64,000 nucleotides of DNA from positions 2,597-66,596 of the forward strand of contig CAVDPT010000009.1 in assembly GCA_963610935.1 (NCBI GenBank), given 5' to 3'. This stretch comes from Bifidobacteriaceae bacterium. Lineage in GTDB: Bacteria; Bacillota; Clostridia; Christensenellales; Borkfalkiaceae. Under the pieces are notes generated by a model. The model had not been told where the DNA came from. It ran no database searches and saw only the letters and a program-made list of their open reading frames with translations. A program made the translations under genes and the position numbers. Shown piece after piece: positions 28,670-37,340 of this stretch (positions are counted from its first letter, which is position 1; every line of letters starts with the position of its first letter).

Positions 28670-30049
28670 ATGTCTAACGAAATTATGGATCTCTTCGATA
28701 ATCTTGCGGCGGATTTCGAAGCGAGAAGGTTCGCCGACCTTCGCATCAAGCTTCTCGACACCGAGCCTGCCGATATCGCGAGCTTTATGGAAGAACGGCT
28801 CGACGAGAAAGAACAGCTTATGTTCTTCAGGCTTCTTCCCAAGGAGCTTGCCTCCGACGTTTTTATCGAAATTGATTCGGACACGCAGGAAGCTCTTATA
28901 AAAGCTTTCACCGATAAAGAGCTTAAAGCCGTCATCGACGATATGTATCTCGACGATACCGTAGATATAATAGACGAAATGCCTGCGAACGTGGTTAAGA
29001 GAATTCTTAAAAACTCCGATCCCGAAAACCGCAAGCAGATCAACGAGCTTTTAGAATATCCCGACGATTCGGCGGGTTCTATTATGACGACCGAATACGT
29101 TTCTTTCTCCGCCAAAATGACGGTGGAAGAGGCGTTCGACAAAATTCGGCGCACCGGCACGGACAAGGAGACTATTTATACCTGCTACGTTACCGACGGA
29201 AAAAAACGGCTTATCGGCGTGGTTACGGTGAAAAAGCTCCTGCTTTCCTCCCCCGAAGATCTCGTAGAAAACATTATGGACACGAACGTCATAACCGCCT
29301 CTACGTTAGAAGATAAAGAGCAGGTCGCGATGAAGTTCTCGAAGTACGACTTTTTAGCCCTGCCCGTAGTGGATAAGGAAGGGTGTCTTGTCGGAATAGT
29401 CACGGTAGATGACGCGGTAGACGTCATTCAGGACGAGGCTACCGAAGATATTCAAAAAATAGCGGCAATCTTGCCTACCGAAAAGCCTTATCTAAAACAA
29501 TCGGTATGGCGTATATGGTGCATCCGTATACCGTGGCTCTTGGTGCTTATGGTTTCCGCGACGTTTACGGGAATTATCATAAATTCCTACGAGGGACAGC
29601 TGAACGCGATAAGTCCCGTCCTTTTCGCGTGTATTCCTATGCTTATGGATACGGGCGGAAACGCGGGCAGTCAGTCCTCGGTTACCGTCATTCGTTCTCT
29701 CGCCCTCGGCGAGCTGAACAGCAAAGACGTGTTTAAGGTGTTATGGAAGGAGCTTCGCGTGTCCTTTTTGCTTGCGGCGACGCTTGCGGCGGTGTGTTTT
29801 GCAAAGCTCTTGCTTCTCGATAACCTCTTGTTCGGGTACTCGGGCTACACCCCGTTGCGGTGTCTGGTCGTTTCGGTTTCCTTGTTCGCCACGGTAATCA
29901 TGGCAAAGCTCGTAGGTTGCGTTTTGCCGATTATCGCAAAGAAAATCAAACTCGATCCCGCGGTCGTGGCAAGTCCGTTTATAACGACTATCGTGGACGC
30001 GCTCTCTCTTATGATTTATTGCTCGATAGCAATCGCCGTTCTCGCATAA
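28670..30049 (+). CDS. mgtE: Magnesium transporter MgtE
   Basis: MgtE N-domain, tandem CBS domains, and a C-terminal 5-TM domain with PMLMDTGGNAGSQ. Confidence 0.93.
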   Translation: MSNEIMDLFDNLAADFEARRFADLRIKLLDTEPADIASFMEERLDEKEQLMFFRLLPKELASDVFIEIDSDTQEALIKAFTDKELKAVIDDMYLDDTVDIIDEMPANVVKRILKNSDPENRKQINELLEYPDDSAGSIMTTEYVSFSAKMTVEEAFDKIRRTGTDKETIYTCYVTDGKKRLIGVVTVKKLLLSSPEDLVENIMDTNVITASTLEDKEQVAMKFSKYDFLALPVVDKEGCLVGIVTVDDAVDVIQDEATEDIQKIAAILPTEKPYLKQSVWRIWCIRIPWLLVLMVSATFTGIIINSYEGQLNAISPVLFACIPMLMDTGGNAGSQSSVTVIRSLALGELNSKDVFKVLWKELRVSFLLAATLAAVCFAKLLLLDNLLFGYSGYTPLRCLVVSVSLFATVIMAKLVGCVLPIIAKKIKLDPAVVASPFITTIVDALSLMIYCSIAIAVLA

Positions 30050-30106
30050 GGCAGGACGTGACAAAAAGGGGAAAATCGTGAGAAAAATCCTTACGAGGTT
30101 CTTTTT

Positions 30107-30745
30107 ATGCAGAAAAACGCAAAGATGACTACCCGTCTTATAACATTTACGGCGATGATGACCGCGCTCGTTATGGTTTCGGGGTTTATTCCTCCGCTCG
30201 AAATTCCGCCCATCGGCAGAATTTATTGGTGCGACGGCATAATCTTTCTCGGTTGCTTTTTGTTTGCGCCGCTCTCCTCGGCGATAATCGGCGGCGTGGG
30301 GACTTTTCTTTACGACCTGTTGCTCGGAAACGTGGTTATGATGGGGGCTTCCCTCGTTATACACGGGCTTCAGGCTTTTCTGGTGTCCTTTTTGTTCCAT
30401 AAAATCTTCCCGAAAAAGAAGCACGAGCCGATTTTCGCTTTTTCCGCCGCTCTTTTCGGCGCGGTCGTGGTTATCGCGGGTTATTTCGTGACGCGCGTGC
30501 TTTTACAGGGCAAAGAACTCTCCTACGCGCTTATTCGCCTTCCTTCGGACGTTATTCAGGAAGCGGTAGGCATCGCCGCCGCCCTCCTCGTTACTTACGG
30601 CTTCCGTCTTAAAATCGCGCTCGAAAAAAATAACCTTCTTCCGGAAATCGCCGTGAAAAAGGATAATTCGGGCGAAAGGGGCGAAGAAGACGAAGAGAAT
30701 ACAAAAGAAGACCGAACGGAAATTAAAAAAGATAAAGAAGACTAA
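30107..30745 (+). CDS. Putative ECF-transporter S component (substrate unknown) with an acidic/Lys-rich tail
   Basis: ~170-aa 5-6 TM core resembling S components (TFTAMMTALVMVSGFI...). The family call is by eye only. Confidence 0.5.
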   Translation: MQKNAKMTTRLITFTAMMTALVMVSGFIPPLEIPPIGRIYWCDGIIFLGCFLFAPLSSAIIGGVGTFLYDLLLGNVVMMGASLVIHGLQAFLVSFLFHKIFPKKKHEPIFAFSAALFGAVVVIAGYFVTRVLLQGKELSYALIRLPSDVIQEAVGIAAALLVTYGFRLKIALEKNNLLPEIAVKKDNSGERGEEDEENTKEDRTEIKKDKED

Positions 30746-30753
30746 AATATAAA

Positions 30754-31965
30754 ATGATTGCAAAAAGTTACAAAGGCACTATAATCGGGTGCTTTATGGG
30801 TTATATCGTGCAGGCGATAGTGAACACGTTCGTTCCCCTGCTTTTTATCACCTTTCAGTCGGAATACGGCGTGCCGCTTTCGGAAATAACCGTGCTTATC
30901 ACCGTCAATTTTGCCGTTCAGCTATGCGTAGACCTTTTGTCCGCTCTGCTCACCGACAAAATAGGATATAGGGCTTCGGTGTATTTTGCGCACGCCATGT
31001 GCGCGACGGGGCTGATACTTTTGACCGTTTTGCCCTCGGCGTTCGGTAACGCGTTTATAGGGCTTTTGATCGCCGTCGTAATCTACGCGATAGGCGGCGG
31101 ACTTTTAGAGGTACTCATAAGCCCTATGGTGGAAGCCTGCCCCACGGACAACAAGCCGCAGGTTATGAGTATTCTTCATTCCTTTTATTGCTGGGGAAGC
31201 GTGGGGGTAATTCTTTTATCTACCGCCTTTTTCGCGCTTTTCGGCACGGCAAACTGGAAATATCTCGCGCTTTTTTGGGCGATTTTCCCCGTTGCTAACC
31301 TTATACTTTTCACCCGCGTGCCGATTCTTACTTTAGAGGAAGAAACGGGCGAAAAGGTCTCTATCCTTTCGTTGCTTAAAAACAAGCTCTTTTGGGTTTT
31401 TATGATAGTTATGGTGTGCGCGGGCGCAAGCGAACAGGCGGTAAGTCAATGGGCTTCGGCGTTTTGCGAGAGCGCGCTCGGCGTATCGAAAACCGTCGGC
31501 GACGTCGTGGGCGTGGCGGGGTTTTCGGCGATGATGGGTCTTTCACGCCTATTGTACGGCAAATTCGGCAAAAAGCTAAACCTCAACGCCGCCATGGCGA
31601 TAAGCGGTTTCGGGTGCGTCGGGGCGTATCTTATCGCCTCGCTATGCTCCTCCCCCGTGCTGTCGCTCGTCGGAGTGGGGCTTTCGGGGTTCTTCTGCGG
31701 AATAATGTGGCCCGCGACGTACAGCAACGGCGCAAAGGCGATAAAGGGCGGCGGAACGGCTATGTTCGCGCTGTTCGCTTTAGCGGGCGACCTCGGTTGC
31801 TCTTCGGGTCCTACCGTCGCGGGTTTTTTTGCGAGCGCGTTTAACAGCGACCTTAAAAAGGGAATACTTTGCTCCGTCGGCTTCCCCGCGGTGCTTGCGA
31901 TAACGATGCTTTCGTTTGCGATTTTTTCAAAAAAGAAAAAGGAAAAGGCACTTCCGCTCGAATAA
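30754..31965 (+). CDS. MFS transporter
   Basis: 12-TM, 403-aa protein with MFS-like loop motifs (LTDKIGYR). Confidence 0.8.
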   Translation: MIAKSYKGTIIGCFMGYIVQAIVNTFVPLLFITFQSEYGVPLSEITVLITVNFAVQLCVDLLSALLTDKIGYRASVYFAHAMCATGLILLTVLPSAFGNAFIGLLIAVVIYAIGGGLLEVLISPMVEACPTDNKPQVMSILHSFYCWGSVGVILLSTAFFALFGTANWKYLALFWAIFPVANLILFTRVPILTLEEETGEKVSILSLLKNKLFWVFMIVMVCAGASEQAVSQWASAFCESALGVSKTVGDVVGVAGFSAMMGLSRLLYGKFGKKLNLNAAMAISGFGCVGAYLIASLCSSPVLSLVGVGLSGFFCGIMWPATYSNGAKAIKGGGTAMFALFALAGDLGCSSGPTVAGFFASAFNSDLKKGILCSVGFPAVLAITMLSFAIFSKKKKEKALPLE

Positions 31966-32031
31966 TTATTTGACAAAAAACGGCTTTTTGCCCTTTTTTA
32001 GAGGCAAAAATGCCCGTTTTGGTTATTTCTA

Positions 32032-32061
32032 TTGACTTTATGACATCTATTAAGGTATAAT
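32032..32061 (+). promoter_or_regulatory. Sigma-A-type promoter with a near-leaderless start
   Basis: TTGACT-18 nt-TATAAT, with the ATG 10 nt after the -10 and no SD. Confidence 0.45.
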
Positions 32062-32070
32062 AACGGTAAT

Positions 32071-33426
32071 ATGCGTAAAAACAAAGACGAATATAAGCTA
32101 AATAAAATAGAAGTGGACGAGAAAACGAACGAACCGAAAATAGTAGAGGTTTCTCCCGAGGAGAGGGATTCTCTCTTCTCCGAAGGCGAGGTCCTCGTCC
32201 CCGCGGAACCCGAGGTAATTTCCGACGAGGAGGCGAAAGAGCGGCATAAACAGTTGTTTATGGCAAAGGTGTTCGGGATAAACGACGATAAGAGCGTGGA
32301 TAAAAGGCAAAGGATAGTTAAAAACATCTTTACCGCATTGTTTATCGTTCTCGTAGTCGGAGTTTTGGCGTTCACGTTTTACAACGATTTCTTTGCGGAA
32401 GGCAAAGAGCCGGCGGATCTCGGCGCGCTCGGCGGGACCTTCGCAAAATGCTGGTACTTCCTCGTTTTCGCGCTTTTGTCGCTCCTGCTGTGCTTTGTCG
32501 CAAAAGGGCTGAAATTGTCTATTCTATGCAAAAAAACGACTAAAAAATGGCACTTCAAGACGTGTATGGAGACGGCGGTAATAGGGCTGTATTACAACTA
32601 CGTCACTCCTCTCGCGGTCGGCGGACAGCCGTTTGAAATTTATCACCTGTCAAAACACGGCGTGCACGGCGGAGTCGCTTCGGCGTTGCCCATCGCCACG
32701 TATATACTCAACCAATTCGCCTTCGTCACTATCGGCATTTTCTCCCTTGTAGCGTATAACACGGGGCTTTTTATCGGGGGCGCGAAGAAGGTTATAGGGA
32801 GCTTCGACGTGGTGCCGTTTAACGTGCTTGCGATTATAGGGCTTTTGTGCTGTATGATAATGCCCATCGTCGTCATACTTTTTTGTATGCTCCCCGTTGT
32901 CGGCACGAATATAGTCAAATGGGTCATAAAACTCGGCGGGAAGCTGCGCATCGTCAAAAATCCCGAGGCGACAACCGAGAAAACGATAAAAAACGTCAAG
33001 CACAACGCAAAATGTCTAAAACAGCTTGCCGGTGCGCCCGTGTCCTTTATTTCCTCCTTTTTATTGAGCTTCGTGGAGCATTTGTCTCTTTCCTCGATCG
33101 CGTATTTTACCTTGAAGTTTTTCGGTTTTGACGCAGTCGGCGTGAGCGGTTTTGCGGAATGGACGCAGGTGGTAATGCTCTGTTCTATATTGTATTCGGC
33201 TATTTCGTTTATCCCGACTCCCGGGAATTCGGGAGCGGCGGATCTTTCTTTCTATATCTTGTTTTCCGCAAGCATTACGGTTACGGGCGCCGCGTTTACG
33301 GCGATGCTCCTCTGGCGAATATTGAGCTTTTATAGCTTTATTATAATAGGCTTTATTTTCTCTACGATAAAGAGAAAAACGGACAAGAGAAAGGCGGCGC
33401 TGTTACAAGAACACGACGCGGACTAA
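32071..33426 (+). CDS. Flippase-like (lysyl-PG synthase TM region / UPF0104) membrane protein with an acidic N-terminal extension
   Basis: Multi-TM with GGQPFEIYHL and TPGNSGAADL motifs typical of the MprF-N/YbhN-like family. Confidence 0.7.
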   Translation: MRKNKDEYKLNKIEVDEKTNEPKIVEVSPEERDSLFSEGEVLVPAEPEVISDEEAKERHKQLFMAKVFGINDDKSVDKRQRIVKNIFTALFIVLVVGVLAFTFYNDFFAEGKEPADLGALGGTFAKCWYFLVFALLSLLLCFVAKGLKLSILCKKTTKKWHFKTCMETAVIGLYYNYVTPLAVGGQPFEIYHLSKHGVHGGVASALPIATYILNQFAFVTIGIFSLVAYNTGLFIGGAKKVIGSFDVVPFNVLAIIGLLCCMIMPIVVILFCMLPVVGTNIVKWVIKLGGKLRIVKNPEATTEKTIKNVKHNAKCLKQLAGAPVSFISSFLLSFVEHLSLSSIAYFTLKFFGFDAVGVSGFAEWTQVVMLCSILYSAISFIPTPGNSGAADLSFYILFSASITVTGAAFTAMLLWRILSFYSFIIIGFIFSTIKRKTDKRKAALLQEHDAD

Positions 33427-33551
33427 AAGCTAAACGTATTGAAAAGGCAACGTGAGGTCGCGTTCGCGCTTTATGCTTTCGGTCTTGCCGTTTTGCGCGA
33501 ATATACAAAACGAAACGGCAATCTTAAATTCGTATCGCTCGAAAGAAAATC

Positions 33552-33597
33552 AAAGCGGCAGGGTCCTCTTTTCGGTAACCCCTGCCGCCTTTTTTTA
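33552..33597. terminator. Bidirectional terminator between the flippase-like gene and trxA
   Basis: gcggcaggg...ccctgccgc hairpin with T7 downstream and an A-run upstream. Confidence 0.7.
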
Positions 33598-33611
33598 ATT
33601 GAATATTCCCT

Positions 33612-33923
33612 TTAACCGAGCAATTTTTCTTTGATTTCGTTCGACTTATAATAGCCGCTGATTCTCTTCTTCTCTTCGCCGTTTTCTATAAGCACCAGCG
33701 TGGGGATAACCTCTATCCCGAATTTCACGGCAAGCCATTCCTCGTCGTCTACGTTCACCTTGCCGACCTTTATTTCACCGTTCATCTCTTCATCGAGCTT
33801 TTCGAGTTCGGGCGCAACCATTCTGCAAGGTCCGCACCACGTCGCCCAAAAATCGAGAATAACCGGCTTTGCCGATTGCAAAACTTCTTTTTCGTAGTTT
33901 TCTTTATTGATAACGACTTCCAT
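33612..33923 (-). CDS. trxA: Thioredoxin
   Basis: WCGPC active site in a 103-aa protein. Confidence 0.93.
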   Translation of the reverse strand: MEVVINKENYEKEVLQSAKPVILDFWATWCGPCRMVAPELEKLDEEMNGEIKVGKVNVDDEEWLAVKFGIEVIPTLVLIENGEEKKRISGYYKSNEIKEKLLG

Positions 33924-34001
33924 AATTCGTTCCTCCTTTCGTTTATCGAACTTATAAAACCCCGCAAAGCTTTCAGCTCTCGGGGTTTTTTCTTTTATAA
34001 A

Positions 34002-34925
34002 TTAATCGTTGTCCTTAAAGCTGTTTCCGAGATAGGTGCCGAAGCCGAACGAGCTTTTTTTCTTTTCCTCGCCGCCGCTTCTTCTATCCTTATTATAGCC
34101 CCCGCGATTTCCGCCGCGGTTATCTCTTCTGTATCCGCCGCGATTGCCCCTCTCGCCGCGGTTTCCGCCTCTTCCGTAACCGCCGCGATTTCCGCCTCTG
34201 CCGCGGTCGCGGTTAAGTCCCGCGTTAAAGGGCTTGGAGCCTTCCTCTCTGTCGTTGGGCACGATTACCACGTAGCGGTTGGGTTCTTTTCCCTCGCTCT
34301 TCGTACTGACGGTCGTGCTGTCCGCAAGCGCGCTGTGAATAATTCTTCTCTCGAACGGCGACATCGGCTCCAACTGGACGTCACGTCTCATTTCGGTAGC
34401 CTTTTCCTCGAGTTTTTTAGCGAGCCTGACGAGCGTTTCCTCTCTCTTGTCGCGGTAATTTTCGCAATCGACGACAACCTTTCTGTAGACCTTATTGCCG
34501 ATATTCGCAACCGCGCCCGTAAGCGTCTGAATGGCGTCTAACACCTCGCCGCGATAGCCGATGACCGACGAGGACGAATCGGTGATGAGCGTCAAAACCT
34601 CTTTCTCGCCGTCCGTGCCTTTTTTAATCTTGGCGTCGATTTCCAAAAGCTCTAAAATCCTTTTGAGGAACACTACCTCTTGTACGTTGCAATCCTCTTC
34701 GCAGCCCTCGCAGTTCTCGTCGCAAGGAGCGACGTTCTCCGCGCCTTCGTTTCCCTTTGCGGTCTCCTTAACGGTAATCTCTACCACCGCTTTTCCCTTA
34801 AGCTTGCCGAAAAGTCCCTTCGTCGGCTCTTCCTTTACGGTTATTTCCGCCGCTTCTTCAGAAATTCCGAGCGTCTTTAACCCTTCCTCCACCGCTTCTT
34901 TAACGGTCTTACCTGTAAATTCCAT
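34002..34925 (-). CDS. jag: Jag/KhpB (EloR) RNA-binding protein with a C-terminal RGG-repeat tail
   Basis: Jag-N (MEFTGKTVKEAVEEGL), KH and R3H (ERRIIHSAL) domains, located downstream of yidC. Start was set at the ATG matching the family N-terminus. Confidence 0.85.
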   Translation of the reverse strand: MEFTGKTVKEAVEEGLKTLGISEEAAEITVKEEPTKGLFGKLKGKAVVEITVKETAKGNEGAENVAPCDENCEGCEEDCNVQEVVFLKRILELLEIDAKIKKGTDGEKEVLTLITDSSSSVIGYRGEVLDAIQTLTGAVANIGNKVYRKVVVDCENYRDKREETLVRLAKKLEEKATEMRRDVQLEPMSPFERRIIHSALADSTTVSTKSEGKEPNRYVVIVPNDREEGSKPFNAGLNRDRGRGGNRGGYGRGGNRGERGNRGGYRRDNRGGNRGGYNKDRRSGGEEKKKSSFGFGTYLGNSFKDND

Positions 34926-35028
34926 TATATCTCCTTTTGTCCGCGCAAATTCTTCGGTTTTTACCCGAAGTCGCGGCAATATCGTTTCCGTTTAACTTTA
35001 GAAAAGCTTAAAATTATTTTAGGCTCTT

Positions 35029-36543
35029 CTATTTCAGTCTGCCCCTGACGTGCTTTTTCTTGTCCGCTTCGCCCGAAAGGAAATCGCCCGTTTGGGGTTC
35101 GTCCTTTTTCTTTTTGGGCTTGTTTTTTCTTTCCTCGGCGGCTTTCCTTTCTTCCTCCGCTTCTCTTATAATTTTTTTACTGCGGATAACGTCCGAATCG
35201 TTCTTTTTTGTTTTATATTTTTTATCCACGATTTTATTTATAGCTATAGTGGACAGCATACTTATAAGCGAGCTGCAAACTATATAAATGGAGAACGCCG
35301 CGGTATACATAAACGCGAAGAAAGCCATCATAACAGGCATCATCCACATCATCATCTTCTGCGTTTGCGCGCCTTGTCCGTCTACCGTCTGAAGCTCCAT
35401 CTGCGCTTTCTGTCCCTTACTCAAAACAAGCTGCGTAAGAAGGGAAATGCCCGCGGTCAGTATTACGAATATATAATATCCGTTCGGCGCGGTTTTTTTA
35501 TCTTCGAGTTTAGCGGTGAGGTCGTTATAAACGTCGTTTCGCGTCCCCATTATCGTCATTTTATTGCTGCCGTTGCAAGAACAACCGCCACCCTCGCTTT
35601 TTCCGTATAATGAGCTGAACGTCTGTTCGTTATCTTGCGAATACAATTTTTTCTCTACGGGAGTTCTGAAAGTAACGTCGGGAGCCCAAATGTTTTTTAC
35701 CCATAAAAAGGAGGAGCCGTTGTTATCGAAAGTGTCCGCAGAACGCTGTTCGCAGAGGTCTTTTATAAATTCCTCCGCGGTCATGGCGTTATCGCCAGAC
35801 TTTACCTCCGCAAAAGAAAGATTTTTGCCGTCTCTTAAAATCGTGAGGTCGTTGTTTTTATCGGAAGCGAGCTTTTTACTGTCAAGCCCCTCTTCTCTCG
35901 CCGAATAATTTTTGTTTTCCGAATCGTAATAAACGTAAGAATTCGTCGTGTAAAAGGTTTTCTCTTTTACGAAAATCTCGTGCGCGTTTTCTCCTTCGCC
36001 TACCGAGATGAAACCGCCGTTTTTCTCTGCCTCCGTCTTTATTTTATCGGCGTCTATAACGAGCTTGCCGTCTTCGCCTTTAACGATATACACATCGTCC
36101 GTTTCCAGCCCCTCGTAAAGAACGGAATCGTACGCTATCGACATATCGTAAAAGTATTTTTGGTTCTGATAGCTCGCGTAATCGTTGAACGCGTTTATCG
36201 CGACGATAAATATAACGAGGGTAATAATGGTCGGAAGACAGCTCCCGAACAAGGAATAGCCGTTCTTTTTATAAAGAGCCATCATTTTCTGATTATAGAG
36301 GTCTTTATTGTCGGCATACTGTTTCTGCAGTTTTTCGAGCTCGGGGCGCATTTCCTCCATTTTTATGGAGTTTTTACGCATAGACGAGCGGGATATAAAG
36401 TCGAACGGCAACGTTATGACTTTTAATATAACGGTAAAAAGCACTACTCCGAGCGCAACCGAACCCGTCCCCATAACGAGCCATAAAATTATATTAACTA
36501 AAAAACTACCCGTTTCGGGGGCGTTTAATCCGATTATAGACAT
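35029..36543 (-). CDS. yidC: Membrane insertase YidC/Oxa1 family with a large extracytoplasmic insertion
   Basis: The core elements are present (LPFDFISRSSM, KMEEMRPELEKLQKQY, GCLPTIITLVIF, FLWVKNIWAPD, C-terminal TMs plus a basic tail). Synteny is rnpA-yidD-yidC-jag. Confidence 0.85.
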   Translation of the reverse strand: MSIIGLNAPETGSFLVNIILWLVMGTGSVALGVVLFTVILKVITLPFDFISRSSMRKNSIKMEEMRPELEKLQKQYADNKDLYNQKMMALYKKNGYSLFGSCLPTIITLVIFIVAINAFNDYASYQNQKYFYDMSIAYDSVLYEGLETDDVYIVKGEDGKLVIDADKIKTEAEKNGGFISVGEGENAHEIFVKEKTFYTTNSYVYYDSENKNYSAREEGLDSKKLASDKNNDLTILRDGKNLSFAEVKSGDNAMTAEEFIKDLCEQRSADTFDNNGSSFLWVKNIWAPDVTFRTPVEKKLYSQDNEQTFSSLYGKSEGGGCSCNGSNKMTIMGTRNDVYNDLTAKLEDKKTAPNGYYIFVILTAGISLLTQLVLSKGQKAQMELQTVDGQGAQTQKMMMWMMPVMMAFFAFMYTAAFSIYIVCSSLISMLSTIAINKIVDKKYKTKKNDSDVIRSKKIIREAEEERKAAEERKNKPKKKKDEPQTGDFLSGEADKKKHVRGRLK

Positions 36544-36544
36544 T

Positions 36545-36787
36545 TCAATATACCCATTTTACAACGTTTTTTTTGTCCGGCACTTTATCCACGCCGCCGC
36601 GACTAAAAGGATTACAACGAAGAATTCGCCAAATTCCGAGAGCCCAGCCTTTGATAAAGCCGTGCTTTAACAGTGCCTCTAATGCGTACTCCGAGCAGGA
36701 AGGAAAATATCTGCAGTTTCCGTAAGATAAATGCTTTTGGTAAAAGCGGATAAGCTTCACGCTAACGAGAACGGGTATATTCTTCAT
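36545..36787 (-). CDS. yidD: Membrane protein insertion efficiency factor YidD
   Basis: CRYFPSCSEYA motif in an 80-aa protein between rnpA and yidC. Confidence 0.85.
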   Translation of the reverse strand: MKNIPVLVSVKLIRFYQKHLSYGNCRYFPSCSEYALEALLKHGFIKGWALGIWRILRCNPFSRGGVDKVPDKKNVVKWVY

Positions 36788-37112
36788 CTATAACACCGCC
36801 TTTTCTTAAAACGTAGCCCATATCCCTTTTAAACTCCTCGAGCGAGTATTCCTCTTTTATTTTCGGAATAAATACAAAAAAGAAGTTTTTACCTATTTCG
36901 GGCGTAAAACTTCTGAAGGATTCCCTTAAAAGTCTTTTTATTCTGTTTCTCTTAACGCTCCCGCCATGCTTTTTACCTACGGCAAAACCCGCCTTCATTT
37001 CTTCGGCGGGCATATACACGAGGGAAAGACTGTTTGCATACAGCCTTTTTCCCTTTTTAAAAACGAGATTGAAATCTTTTTCTTTTTTTAACCTGAAATC
37101 GGTACGACTCAT
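36762..37112 (-). CDS. rnpA: RNase P protein component
   Basis: 116-aa basic protein with the RNR-like motif KKHGGSVKRNRIKR, directly downstream of rpmH. Confidence 0.88.
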   Translation of the reverse strand: MSRTDFRLKKEKDFNLVFKKGKRLYANSLSLVYMPAEEMKAGFAVGKKHGGSVKRNRIKRLLRESFRSFTPEIGKNFFFVFIPKIKEEYSLEEFKRDMGYVLRKGGVIDEEYTRSR

Positions 37113-37124
37113 TCCGCTAAATTA

Positions 37125-37259
37125 TTACGCGGAAACGCTGTGACGACCTTTATTACGTCTTCTCTTTAAAACGTTTCTGCCGGCTTTAGTCTTCATTCTC
37201 TGTCTAAATCCGTGTACTTTGCTTCTCTGTCTTTTTTTCGGTTGATAAGTCTGCTTCAT
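37125..37259 (-). CDS. rpmH: 50S ribosomal protein L34 (44 aa; absent from the ORF track)
   Basis: Hand translation gives [44 protein letters not shown], which matches L34. Confidence 0.93.
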   Translation of the reverse strand: MKQTYQPKKRQRSKVHGFRQRMKTKAGRNVLKRRRNKGRHSVSA

Positions 37260-37300
37260 ATTGTTTTTTTCTCCGAATCGGTAGTATTTTTTATTTTAGC

Positions 37301-37319
37301 ATATCTATTGTATAGATAT
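37301..37319. repeat. 8-3-8 inverted repeat overlapping the rpmH -10 box
   Basis: atatctat-tgt-atagatat. Confidence 0.8.
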
Positions 37320-37335
37320 TTTATGGTTTTGTCAA
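37307..37335 (-). promoter_or_regulatory. Sigma-A-type promoter for rpmH-rnpA
   Basis: The minus strand reads TTGACA-17 nt-TACAAT, between the dnaN stop and the rpmH start. Confidence 0.5.
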
Positions 37336-37340
37336 TTAAA

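Noticed and set aside
28423-29166. 247-aa Ser-rich minus-strand ORF spanning the M-box and the 5' part of mgtE.
   Set aside because: It overlaps a recognisable riboswitch and the MgtE N-domain on the opposite strand. Its extreme Ser/Ile composition is an antisense artefact.
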